64,000 nt of DNA from an uncultured Desulfurococcales archaeon (GCA_964519505.1 CAZFJX010000001.1:15543-79542), one strand, 5' to 3'. Counted from the stretch's first letter, positions 46,501 through 54,356 are shown. The notes: generated by a model from the letters alone, not told the origin. Numbers and translations are program-made.

Positions 46501-47493
46501 GATTATAGGTACTGTGTATTCGTACCAGCCATAATAAGGTACGTATACGAACTGTAGTAATAGACCGAACTTAACTGGTAATAGGCTTATGTCACCAACA
46601 TACCATGTGCTTATGTTGAACGTTACCATCTCGTCTGTTGTGTGGCTGTATACGTAGCCGTAGGATAGGTTGTAGATAGCTCCATAGGATGAGTCAAACA
46701 CAAGTACGTCGTTGGGATCTATGTTAATATAGCCAGTAGCGTTTGGTACGGCCTCAACAACCGTAAGCACTAAGCCCAACTCATCAGCATCAAAGATTAG
46801 CGGCGTATCGTTCTCATCTCTAGCTATTGCGTCAAGACCTAGGTTGGGTGTTGCGAAGTCAACACCTGTATCTATAAAGCCTATGGTGACTCCCTGACCA
46901 GCAATACCGAATTCCTCCCAAACATCCATCGCCTTAATGATCTCTAGCCAGGACGGGTATTCAAATTCAGGGCTTTCAGGTAATGCTTGCCCACCACCAT
47001 TGACAGGGAAAGACTCACTCTTATTTAATGATACCTCAACTAACCTCTTCTCATGTTTGAAGATATCTACTAACCTTATATCTGGCAGTATGAACATTAC
47101 CCTATCATCATTAGCCATAGCCAATACGTTTTCCTTAGTGGTCAAGCCGTAAACATACGTTAATCCACCAACACCAAATATGTTAATAACTCTTAAGAAG
47201 TACTTACTTAAGTCAGCATTAAGCCCCTTAACAATCACTATAACTCTACCTAAGCCGGCGCTCAGAAGTACTGCTGAATCTATATTAACGTTTCTTGGAT
47301 ACGGGCTATTGCTCATCTTGTAGTACTCGTCCTTAAGTAGTAGTGGATGCACCTTTAACTCAGGACTCACCTTGAATTTCTTGACATTAGTTTCAGAGGC
47401 CTTCACAGGTAATGTCGTAGGCATTAATGGCAGCACTAAGAGCAATAGTAATGAGACAACGATAATTCTTTTCACCAACAACCGCACAATCAC
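43501..47493 (-). CDS. secreted subtilisin-like serine protease (S8, pyrolysin-like) with very large insertions/extensions
   Basis: Signal peptide. Asp motif GFIDTGVD (about aa 208), His motif HGTACANVAAG (about aa 465), AAGNNGPG, and Ser motif GGTSMAAPMTAG (about aa 677). C-terminal extension of about 650 aa. Confidence 0.85.
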   Translation of the reverse strand: MIVRLLVKRIIVVSLLLLLVLPLMPTTLPVKASETNVKKFKVSPELKVHPLLLKDEYYKMSNSPYPRNVNIDSAVLLSAGLGRVIVIVKGLNADLSKYFLRVINIFGVGGLTYVYGLTTKENVLAMANDDRVMFILPDIRLVDIFKHEKRLVEVSLNKSESFPVNGGGQALPESPEFEYPSWLEIIKAMDVWEEFGIAGQGVTIGFIDTGVDFATPNLGLDAIARDENDTPLIFDADELGLVLTVVEAVPNATGYINIDPNDVLVFDSSYGAIYNLSYGYVYSHTTDEMVTFNISTWYVGDISLLPVKFGLLLQFVYVPYYGWYEYTVPIILASSNGEYYDTVYADLSTLWQYIAYMLGYIDTPTPDFNFTDEKPMMYGDEISYYDWDVDGMPDFTAGTLAGYVYDVYGVVSLLERGIIPVPPPDGTVYLYTNNTWHVGDAIAAIYPGLDPDGLYAVIAYDFYGHGTACANVAAGRGYSFITYYGWRYMYGVAPAAKVASAGALWYGNTIAALLFLSGFDPVPPKYTWGNWTWVYRGSPRVDITSSSYGFVAAPLFGYATGYDPWSLFYDYVILKTGVINVVAAGNNGPGFNTVTPPTTSSYSISVAASTSYGYRVDFGYLHGSWDDVVIWSSRGPSNLGSLKPDVTAIGAFGWTAGFLWAGVGNGWFASEIFGGTSMAAPMTAGTVALMVSAFKSLSKSYTPELVKLIIKSTTDSLTYDPLSQGTGRINAYKAVSFIINNDGFLVYSSSQSEKFAPEILDTLNAYTDEDFKLTDLIRNDVGIYLGDVRRGGIAWARITIEGAGTYKIKPVTLKVVSEEVYEIPINLSEIPSGSTLILGVFDESYFTDVDMVELALTFNYSYLDPYGRSGYYQNWLELMTVLRYWIDLNNDSTITLNETAWLHNDYRIANTITLTIANASTKFEGVLQKVSEQLGIPYEDLLQMSRAVVLTLHVFYNAWYNQTSDIAVFKLIVRKYKFEDWPIIFAPKKIKVSTKRVFTAFLRVPWDYPSGYYVGYLIVTREDDGRKILVPISFTVATTISYVTTWVTLPERSPPSDLYYNNYALRGAFDWYGWYVTSDWRVFTINIKDPNVKALLVTVMWPYKDSNLDVILAGPRKVVVIDWNTYEIKKDMILNGLVTGGKLTYPLYMWGWLPHFDLPAPGVAMIIMPVWGPGKYRLLIRNAPFAGEVYAEPFIVQVTPIRMFHRKWFRMPSTASTLYRVTVYSATPILNESWAYPFIDGFNSTHYIDDISTVGIYLGEDQILLKRRGIFYVDMLKLNITTDSTPKERYFIGWYVETPIPTLAVGYYYGGYEYMYYDNTLPILFTLVVR

Positions 47494-47543
47494 ACCTCAA
47501 TATATAGAGAGTAGGTACTACAATATAAACTTTAAAGAAGAAG

Positions 47544-47562
47544 GTATTACTATTAGTAATAC
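47544..47562. repeat. perfect 19-nt palindrome GTATTACTA-T-TAGTAATAC
   Basis: Read directly from the sequence. It lies in the 189-nt divergent intergenic region upstream of the protease gene. Confidence 0.8.
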
Positions 47563-47585
47563 TTGTTCCGCAAGCATTATTAAAG

Positions 47586-47607
47586 CCTACTAAACGTTAT
47601 TAGTAGG
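47586..47607. repeat. inverted repeat CCTACTAA-N6-TTAGTAGG
   Basis: Read directly from the sequence. It shares the TACTA/TAGTA half-sites with the palindrome 24 nt upstream. Confidence 0.8.
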
Positions 47608-47682
47608 AGAGGGTGATCAGATATAGATGAGCCCGTAGTTGTCGCTATATATACAGATGAGGTAGGAGTTGACAGTAATGAA

Positions 47683-47946
47683 GTGCAAATACTTATGGAT
47701 TTCATTAAAAGTGTTCATGATAGGGAGGTATCGTTAGTTCTATACGTACTTAATGATGATGAGATAGAGGACTTTGACTTTCTACCTAAGGTTGAGGTGT
47801 ACCTAGGTGATAGAATTATTGGTGAACTTTATGATTTAAGTAGGTTAGATATTCTTGAGGGTTATATAGAAAAAGCCTTAGGTATGAGGCATGTGCTTAA
47901 AACTCGTATTTCTCACCAGGTTGTAAGACCACGATATCTACGGTGA
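47683..47946 (+). CDS. hypothetical acidic protein
   Basis: 87-aa ORF with a GTG start. The last 50 nt overlap the convergent hydrolase gene. Confidence 0.3.
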   Translation: MQILMDFIKSVHDREVSLVLYVLNDDEIEDFDFLPKVEVYLGDRIIGELYDLSRLDILEGYIEKALGMRHVLKTRISHQVVRPRYLR

Positions 47947-48574
47947 GCCCTCTCCTCTTAACCTCCACCTTAAGCTCTTCTGGTGTACCCTTAATTACCG
48001 GGAACGTACCGTAATGCATAGGTATAACTACCTTAGGCTTAAGTAGCTCTATAGCTTTAGCGGCTTCTTTAGGCCCCATGGTGAAGTGGCCACCTATGGG
48101 TAGTAATGCTATCTTAGGCTTATAGAGTTCACCAATCAGTGACATCTCAGCAAATAGACCTGTATCACCAGCATGATATATTGAGTAATCATTTACCTTA
48201 ATCACAACACCTGTAGGACTGCCCTTACTTGAGCTATGGTATGCTGGCGTTAGTATTACCTCAAAACCCTCCCCTAAGTCTATAGGTCCACCTATGTTGG
48301 CGCCTACAGATCTACCGCTAAATCTCTCTTCAACATACTGAGCTAACTCGAAAATCCCTATGAACTTAGCCTTAGGACTCACCTTCATTAACTCTAAGGT
48401 CTCACCAAAGTGGTCACCATGGTCGTGAGTAACTATTACGTAGTCTACCTTACCAGCATAATCATTTACCTTAACAGGTGATTTCGGATTAGTTAACCAC
48501 GGGTCTATAAGGAATAGCTTACTTTCAAGGAAGACCTCAAAAGCGGCGTGCCCTAACCACCTAACGTAATTCAT
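47897..48574 (-). CDS. metallo-beta-lactamase-fold hydrolase (UPF0173-like)
   Basis: VIVTHDHGDHFG motif and later H/D residues. 225 aa. Confidence 0.8.
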   Translation of the reverse strand: MNYVRWLGHAAFEVFLESKLFLIDPWLTNPKSPVKVNDYAGKVDYVIVTHDHGDHFGETLELMKVSPKAKFIGIFELAQYVEERFSGRSVGANIGGPIDLGEGFEVILTPAYHSSSKGSPTGVVIKVNDYSIYHAGDTGLFAEMSLIGELYKPKIALLPIGGHFTMGPKEAAKAIELLKPKVVIPMHYGTFPVIKGTPEELKVEVKRRGLTVDIVVLQPGEKYEF

Positions 48575-48654
48575 AATAACACCCGTTACTACAGTATTAC
48601 CTTGAGACTTAAATTTCTTAAGGCGTGATATTTAGGTGTGTAGGTGCTGAGTAG

Positions 48655-49566
48655 GTGGAGGAGTGGGAGCTTAAGGCTTATCTTAAAGCAGGTGATATAG
48701 CCCGTAGGGTTAAGGAAGAAGCCTTAAGATACGTAAGGCCTGGTATGAAGTTAGTTAATGTATGTGAGCATCTTGAGGGTCTTATTAGGTCTCTAGGTGG
48801 TCAACCAGCATTCCCCATAAATATATCCATAAATGAGGTTGCAGCCCATAGGACTGCCCTCATAAGTGATGACGAGGTCATACCGTCTGATTCCGTTGTT
48901 AAGGTAGATATAGGTGTCCATGTTGATGGTTTCATAGCTGATACTGCAGTTACCTTATGCTTCAATCCCGCCTACGACTTACTTATTGAGGCCACCAAGG
49001 AGGCTTTAGATAGCGCCTTAAATAGCGTTAAGGCAGGGATTAGGTTTAGTGAGGTTGGTAAAGTTATTGAGTCTATAGCTAGGAGATACGGGTTTAGAGT
49101 CGTTAAAAACTTAAGCGGTCATAGCTTAGGTAGGTACTTAATACATGCTGGTGAGTCTATACCTAACTTCTACGATAGGCTTAACTTAAGGAGGTTTAAA
49201 AGCGGTGCTGCATACGCTATAGAGCCGTTCTTAACTAAGGGTTTCGGTTACGTTAAGGAAGGTAAGTTAATCACTATATACTCACTAAAGAGAACAAGGA
49301 TTAAGGGCGGGTTAAGTAGTGATGAGGTTAAGTTACTTAATGTAATTAACGAAAGGTTTAAGACACTTCCCTTTACTGAGAGGTGGCTTAAGGATCTAGG
49401 TTACGGACCTAGTAAGTTGCGTGAATTGCTACGTAAGTTAATAAAGAGGGGTTACCTCCGTGGTTACCCAGTACTTATTGAGATAGCTTCAGGTGTTGTT
49501 GCTCAGTTTGAGGATACTATAGTTATTGTTGATGATAACGTTGTTGTGACTACTAGGAAGTTGTAA
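48655..49566 (+). CDS. map: methionine aminopeptidase, type 2 (archaeal)
   Basis: FPINISINEVAAH, KVDIGVHVDGFIADTA, SGHS and AQFEDT motifs. About 300 aa. Confidence 0.9.
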   Translation: MEEWELKAYLKAGDIARRVKEEALRYVRPGMKLVNVCEHLEGLIRSLGGQPAFPINISINEVAAHRTALISDDEVIPSDSVVKVDIGVHVDGFIADTAVTLCFNPAYDLLIEATKEALDSALNSVKAGIRFSEVGKVIESIARRYGFRVVKNLSGHSLGRYLIHAGESIPNFYDRLNLRRFKSGAAYAIEPFLTKGFGYVKEGKLITIYSLKRTRIKGGLSSDEVKLLNVINERFKTLPFTERWLKDLGYGPSKLRELLRKLIKRGYLRGYPVLIEIASGVVAQFEDTIVIVDDNVVVTTRKL

Positions 49567-49616
49567 ATTTTAAAACTCACGTTACTATAACGTAGTGTAG
49601 AGGTGAATATAAGAGA

Positions 49617-50711
49617 GTGAATGGGGATAACCTATCACCACTCCTATGGGTACTCTTCATTCTTGTATTATTCTTACTTAACTTTACGGACATCCCTCAG
49701 AGAATGCAGTTAATGCGTTGGTCTAGGTTCATTAGGTCTAAGCTAGCCTACATAGAAACATTAGTCACTTCATCAAGGAATAAAACCATCCAGTTCATTA
49801 GTAGGGTACTTAAAGTTAGTAAAGCTGAGGAGATAGTTAATAACTTCATAGATAACTTCTTCGTTATTGAACCAGTAGATATTGAGCCTACAGACATTAT
49901 TAGAAGGTTAGAGCACTTACTTAATGTACGTGATACTAAGATAAAGGCTTATGCAGAGAAGTTCCTACCTAGCGTGCCCAAGGAGCTTAGATATAACGCC
50001 ATAGTTGCTCTTGAGATTACGTCGGTACTTAACTCTGTGTATAAGTCACTTAGGCATTACTTCCTACTAGGTATTAAGCATAATAACTGGGCGCTAGTAA
50101 TGCAGTTAGCCCTAATAATACCACAATTAGTTAAGGAGCTTGAGGGTTACCATAGGGCTATAGACTCCTTCACCGCAGGTAAACCAGTAGGTGATAGCGC
50201 TGGTCCACTAGTCGCTTTTAACTTCATAGGCCTTAGTGAGCGTAGACCGATAGCTGAGGACACGGTTTATTCGGTAGTTGATTTTGAGGGTAGGAAGCTA
50301 TATGTGATTAAGGCTGAAGGGCCTGGAGCAGCTGTAGGTAAGCCTGGTGAGGCTGTTGCTAGGATTGTTGAAGAGCTTAAGGGTAGGGTCGCAAGGATAA
50401 TTACTGTTGATGCGGCCCTCAAGTTAGAGGGCGAGGAGTCTGGTGGGATTGCTGAAGGTATTGGTGCAGCTATAGGTGATCCAGGGCCTGAGAAGATTAA
50501 GATTGAGCGTATTGCTAGTAAGTATAACATACCTGTTGATGCCGTCATAGTTAAGATGAGTTCTGAGGAGGCTATTAACGAAATGACCAGTAAGATATAT
50601 GAGGGCGTTAAGAAGGCTGTTGAGAAGGTTAAGCAAATAATTCTTGAGAAGACTAGGGCTGGTGATATAGTTGTTATAGCTGGTATAGGGAATACCGTAG
50701 GTGTCTATTAG
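49617..50711 (+). CDS. conserved archaeal membrane-anchored protein (DUF1512-like)
   Basis: N-terminal TM, then a soluble region of about 330 aa. The family assignment is from recall only. Confidence 0.4.
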   Translation: MNGDNLSPLLWVLFILVLFLLNFTDIPQRMQLMRWSRFIRSKLAYIETLVTSSRNKTIQFISRVLKVSKAEEIVNNFIDNFFVIEPVDIEPTDIIRRLEHLLNVRDTKIKAYAEKFLPSVPKELRYNAIVALEITSVLNSVYKSLRHYFLLGIKHNNWALVMQLALIIPQLVKELEGYHRAIDSFTAGKPVGDSAGPLVAFNFIGLSERRPIAEDTVYSVVDFEGRKLYVIKAEGPGAAVGKPGEAVARIVEELKGRVARIITVDAALKLEGEESGGIAEGIGAAIGDPGPEKIKIERIASKYNIPVDAVIVKMSSEEAINEMTSKIYEGVKKAVEKVKQIILEKTRAGDIVVIAGIGNTVGVY

Positions 50712-50713
50712 GG

Positions 50714-51016
50714 GTGGTTAACGTGATTAAGCTTCAGATAGATACTGTAACATTACTCATAATGACCTTAGTCTTGCTCTTCATATACATAATGTTCACG
50801 GTAATTAAGGAATTATCAACTAAGAAACCAGAGGTTAGGAGAAGAACTATAGCCATACACTCATGCATAAATAACGACTACGAGATAAGGAAGGAGTTTA
50901 AGATAGGTGACTACGTAGGTAAGGTAATAGGTAAATGCCCGAGATGCGGTGCAGCACTCATAATTAAAGCAATATATACGGAAGTAGAGGAAAGACCTAC
51001 AAAATCAATAACCTAA
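50714..51016 (+). CDS. small membrane-anchored zinc-ribbon-like protein
   Basis: 100 aa with an N-terminal TM helix. Contains C-x...GKCPRCG. Confidence 0.35.
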   Translation: MVNVIKLQIDTVTLLIMTLVLLFIYIMFTVIKELSTKKPEVRRRTIAIHSCINNDYEIRKEFKIGDYVGKVIGKCPRCGAALIIKAIYTEVEERPTKSIT

Positions 51017-51028
51017 AAGCTTTAAATC
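51016..51028 (+). promoter_or_regulatory. TATA box for the 5S rRNA gene
   Basis: AAAGCTTTAAATC, centred about 26 nt upstream of the 5S 5' end. Confidence 0.4.
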
Positions 51029-51048
51029 TCCCGAACCATTAATTCACT

Positions 51049-51183
51049 GGCGGCCCAGCCCCGGCCATAGCGGCTGGGCAACACCCGGACTCGTCAGATC
51101 CCGGAAGTTAAGCCAGCCGCGTTGGGCTGGGCTGTAAGGTCCGAGAGGCCTTGCAGCCCACCCAAGCTGGGAGCTGGGCCGCC
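51049..51183 (+). rRNA. rrf: 5S ribosomal RNA (stand-alone)
   Basis: GC-rich island. The 5' GGCGGCCCAGC pairs perfectly with the 3' GCTGGGCCGCC (helix I). An internal CCCGGAAGTTAAGC matches the conserved 5S loop region. Confidence 0.9.
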
Positions 51184-51272
51184 ACAACAGTCTTAAGTGA
51201 TGTGATGTTTATTAAGTGTTTTGGCTAATTAATTTCAAGGTATGTAAGGAGTTAATAGTTATTTAGAGGAGA

Positions 51273-51482
51273 ATGAGGTTAAAGATTTATAGTGGTTAGA
51301 GCTACCCCTAGATCCGGCTCTTAATAGAATTAAAACTTACTGAGAAGAAGTACTACTTTGATCCTGGTAAGGTTGTTGGTGAGGTGTATTTAGCTAGTAA
51401 GGCAGAACTATGTATTGAGTTTAAGAGGATTAATAGATGTACTGAGGCATACGCAGTTATTGAGCCAAAGGGGATGAAGTAA
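51273..51482 (+). pseudogene. 70-codon reading frame interrupted by two in-frame TAG codons (possible gene remnant)
   Basis: ATG 51273 ... TAG 51297 ... TAG 51309, then 57 open codons (IRLLIELKLTEKKYYFDPGKVVGEVYLASKAELCIEFKRINRCTEAYAVIEPKGMK) to TAA 51480-51482. No start codon follows the second TAG until late in the frame. Confidence 0.2.
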
Positions 51483-51526
51483 TACATCTGGACTTAAAAC
51501 ACGGTAAGTGGTGGCTGGTTTAAGTG

Positions 51527-51635
51527 TGGTAGCCGGGCGGGGATTCGAACCCCGGTCACGGGGGTTCTTCCCCTAACAGGACCAAATTCGGGGGATACCC
51601 CTGCCCCGCATCCTTGGCCGCTAGACGACCCGGCT
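51527..51635 (-). tRNA. tRNA-Gln(UUG) with two introns (16 nt at 32/33, 17 nt at 37/38); CCA encoded
   Basis: The minus strand reads AGCCGGG-TC-GTCT/GGAT D arm-G-CGGGG-[40 nt]-CCCCG-TGAC-CGGGGTTCGAATCCCCG-CCCGGCT-A-CCA, with A1:U72 and A73 as in archaeal tRNA-Gln. Removing 51587-51602 and 51565-51581 gives the anticodon loop CUUUGGC. Both introns can form bulge-helix-bulge motifs. Confidence 0.8.
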
Positions 51636-51660
51636 TCATTAATTTCTGGGCTTTCCGTGG

Positions 51661-51673
51661 TTTTTATTTTTAA
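51661..51673. promoter_or_regulatory. A/T-rich element TTTTTATTTTTAA, candidate shared TATA region for divergent tRNA-Gln and lysS
   Basis: It lies 26-38 nt upstream of the tRNA 5' end (minus strand) and 38-50 nt upstream of the ATG at 51711 (plus strand). Confidence 0.35.
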
Positions 51674-51683
51674 CTAAGGTAGT

Positions 51684-53192
51684 ATGTATTATACATGTAG
51701 TGTGTTAGGTATGTCATGGATTGATAAGTTAGTTGATAAGGTAATAAGGCTAAAGAAGGGGCCTACGTTCGTTGTTGCTTCAGGGATAACGACCAGTGGC
51801 CCTGCCCACATGGGTACTGTTATGGAGTTCTTAATACCTTCAACTATCGTTCAGGAGTTAAGAAGGCGTGGTTATGGTGCGGAATTCATTTTTGTTGCTG
51901 ACATAATGGATGCTTTCGATAGTGTGCCTGCAGGTTTAAGGGGGTTTAAGGAGCTTTACGATGAGTTAGGTAAGCCACTGGGCTACGTACTTGACCCTTA
52001 CGGGTGCCATAGGAGTTATGGTGAGCACTTCTTTAATGAGGTACTTGAGCTTATGGAGAAGTTTGGTATTGAGGTAGATAATGCGTTCTCAGCAACACAG
52101 CTATATTCTGAGGGTTGGTATGATGACTACCTACGCTTCTTCTATGAGAGGATAGATGAGGTTAGGAAAATACTTGAGGAGACATCATTTAGGAAACTAC
52201 CTAAGGACTGGCTAGACTTTGTTAAACCCATATGCCCTAAGTGTGGTAGGATAGATAAGACTAAAGTAACTAAGATAGTTAACGACCAAATACACCTTAA
52301 GTGCTTAGCCTGCGGTTATGAGGGCTACATAACCATAGAGAGCCATGCTTGGAAGCTCGTTTGGAGGCTTGACTGGCCATCAAGACAGGACTTCTTAGGA
52401 GTTGATGTTGAGGGTGGCGGTGTGGATCACTTTACTAGGGGTGGTTCTTGGGATACCGCTGTAGCTGTACATACCAAGCTATTCGGTAAGGAACCACCAG
52501 TAGGTTTCAAGTTCGGTTTCGTCCTACTTGAGGGTAGGAAGATGAGTAAGAGTAAAGGTATTGGAGCGCTTCAAGACCTACTTAAGATACTTCACCCAAT
52601 GGTCATGAAGTACTTCTTACTTAAACACGACCTTGAGGAGAATAGGAATATGAGGCTCAGCCCTAGAGCACTACTTAGGCTCTATGATGAGTACAAGTTA
52701 GTTAGTGAGGGAAGATATCAAGACGAGAAGCAGAGGAAGGCCTGGGAGTTAAGTGGTGCGTCGAGATGGAAAGCAAGCTTTGGTGAGCTACTTGTCTACT
52801 ACCAGCTATACCGTGATTGGGGATTAGTTACTGAGAAAGTAGGTGATGAGAAGACAGTTAAGGACCTAAAACCCTATGTTGAAGAGTGGGTTAAACGCGG
52901 TATGGTTCCTGAAGAGTACTTAGTTAGCATTAACCCAAAGAAACCACCTAAGGAGCTAGTAGGTGTTGTTAAGGAATTCCTAAATAGGTTAAGCCCTGAT
53001 ATGAGTGATGTAGATATACATAACTTAGTCTACGATGTTGCTAGAGGCTTAAGTGTTGAGCCTAGGAAGCTCTTTGAGGCTCTATACTTGAGTGTGTTAG
53101 GTAAGCCTAGAGGACCCAGGCTAGGTAGGTTCATAAAGATAATAGGTATTCAGGAGTTCAAGGAGATAGTTAATAAAGTTTTAATGGAATAA
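51684..53192 (+). CDS. lysS: lysyl-tRNA synthetase, class I
   Basis: HIGH-type motif GPAHMGT and KMSKSKG. Archaeal class I LysRS layout. The likely true start is ATG 51711 (MSWIDKL). Confidence 0.9.
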   Translation: MYYTCSVLGMSWIDKLVDKVIRLKKGPTFVVASGITTSGPAHMGTVMEFLIPSTIVQELRRRGYGAEFIFVADIMDAFDSVPAGLRGFKELYDELGKPLGYVLDPYGCHRSYGEHFFNEVLELMEKFGIEVDNAFSATQLYSEGWYDDYLRFFYERIDEVRKILEETSFRKLPKDWLDFVKPICPKCGRIDKTKVTKIVNDQIHLKCLACGYEGYITIESHAWKLVWRLDWPSRQDFLGVDVEGGGVDHFTRGGSWDTAVAVHTKLFGKEPPVGFKFGFVLLEGRKMSKSKGIGALQDLLKILHPMVMKYFLLKHDLEENRNMRLSPRALLRLYDEYKLVSEGRYQDEKQRKAWELSGASRWKASFGELLVYYQLYRDWGLVTEKVGDEKTVKDLKPYVEEWVKRGMVPEEYLVSINPKKPPKELVGVVKEFLNRLSPDMSDVDIHNLVYDVARGLSVEPRKLFEALYLSVLGKPRGPRLGRFIKIIGIQEFKEIVNKVLME

Positions 53193-53301
53193 CTTAAGTT
53201 CAGCGACGTTAATTCTATATATCTATAAAGGTATTACCGGATGGTTTTAAATAAACCCATTAAGTGAGAGAAAAATTTATTAGGGAGTGGTAAGGCAGGG
53301 A

Positions 53302-53329
53302 TTAATAAACCTTCCGAAAGGTTTATTAA
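53302..53329. repeat. perfect hairpin/palindrome TTAATAAACCTT-CCGA-AAGGTTTATTAA
   Basis: 12-bp arms and a 4-nt loop, read directly. It lies 65 nt upstream of the tfb ATG. A third copy of the half-site (TTAAATAAACCC) is at 53247-53258. Confidence 0.8.
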
Positions 53330-53393
53330 CCCCGGAGATTCACTGGTTTATAAGAGTTTCGCTCGGTAGATAAATGTTAAGGGGCGATTCTGC

Positions 53394-54356
53394 ATGGATA
53401 GAAGGTCAAGAGGGGGAAGAGAGGGTCATGCCGTAAAGCCTGAGGGACAGAGTACTCAAGGTTATGTCTGCCCTCCAGACAAGATTATCTACGATGAGGA
53501 GCGTGGTGAGTACATATGTATAGAGACTGGTGAGGTTATTGAGGAGAGAGTTATTGATCAAGGACCTGAGTGGAGAGCATTCACTTCTGAAGAGAGAGAG
53601 AAGAGAAGTAGGACTGGTAGCCCAATATCATACACAATACACGATGGTGGCTTGACAACTGTTATTGATTGGAAGGATAGGGACGCTACTGGTAAGAGAC
53701 TAAGTCCTAAGAAGAGATTAGAGATAATGAGATGGAGGAAGTGGCAGATAAGAACCAGGATTCAAGACAGTATCGATAGGAACATTACTCAGGCAGCTAT
53801 GGAGTTAGATAGGCTTTCTGAGTCTTTAGGACTACCCAAGACTGTTAAGGAGGAGGCAGCATTGATTTATAGGAAGGCTGTCGAGAAAGGCTTGATTAGA
53901 GGTAGGTCTATTGAGAGCGTTGTTGCTGCAGCAATATACATAGCTTGTAGGAAGTATAGGATACCCAGGTCATTAGATGAAATAGCTTCATACACTAAGG
54001 CAGGTAGGAAGGATGTAGCTAGGTGTTACAGGCTCCTACTTAGGGACTTAGGGATTAAGATACCTATGAGTGATCCAGCAGACTACGTACCTAGAATAGC
54101 TAATGTATTAGGACTTAGCGGTGATGTGATTAAGAGTGCTATAGAGATATTGAGGAAAGCTAGAGAGGTAGGTGTTACTGCTGGTAAGGACCCAGCGGGT
54201 CTAGCTGCTGCAGCAGTATACATAGCTGCGCAACTATATGATGAGCGCAGAACACAGAAGGAAGTAGCTAACGTAGCTGGTGTAACTGAGGTAACAGTAC
54301 GTAATAGATATAAGGAACTAATTAAGGCATTAAACCTCCAGGTACCACAACAGTAA
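53394..54356 (+). CDS. tfb: transcription initiation factor B (TFB/TFIIB)
   Basis: N-terminal ribbon region [24 protein letters not shown]-finger/linker GPEWRAF, and two cyclin repeats ([18 protein letters not shown]; [17 protein letters not shown]). Confidence 0.95.
   Translation: MDRRSRGGREGHAVKPEGQSTQGYVCPPDKIIYDEERGEYICIETGEVIEERVIDQGPEWRAFTSEEREKRSRTGSPISYTIHDGGLTTVIDWKDRDATGKRLSPKKRLEIMRWRKWQIRTRIQDSIDRNITQAAMELDRLSESLGLPKTVKEEAALIYRKAVEKGLIRGRSIESVVAAAIYIACRKYRIPRSLDEIASYTKAGRKDVARCYRLLLRDLGIKIPMSDPADYVPRIANVLGLSGDVIKSAIEILRKAREVGVTAGKDPAGLAAAAVYIAAQLYDERRTQKEVANVAGVTEVTVRNRYKELIKALNLQVPQQ

Noticed and set aside
51190-51215. GTGATGTGATGT repeat just after the 5S rRNA as a possible C box.
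   Set aside because: No D box or second box pair lies within 70 nt.
51527-51635. Initiator tRNA-Met hypothesis for the minus-strand tRNA, because of A1:U72 and the G-rich anticodon stem.
   Set aside because: No CAT triplet exists anywhere in the anticodon region. Archaeal tRNA-Gln also has A1:U72/A73, and a UUG anticodon loop emerges after removing two BHB-bounded introns.
53460-53540. The TFB N-terminal zinc ribbon has only two Cys (CPPDK...ICIETGE), a possible degenerate ribbon.
   Set aside because: As far as I recall, the same CPPDK...C.ETGE pattern occurs in other crenarchaeal TFBs, so it is probably lineage-typical and not novel. I cannot verify this without alignments.
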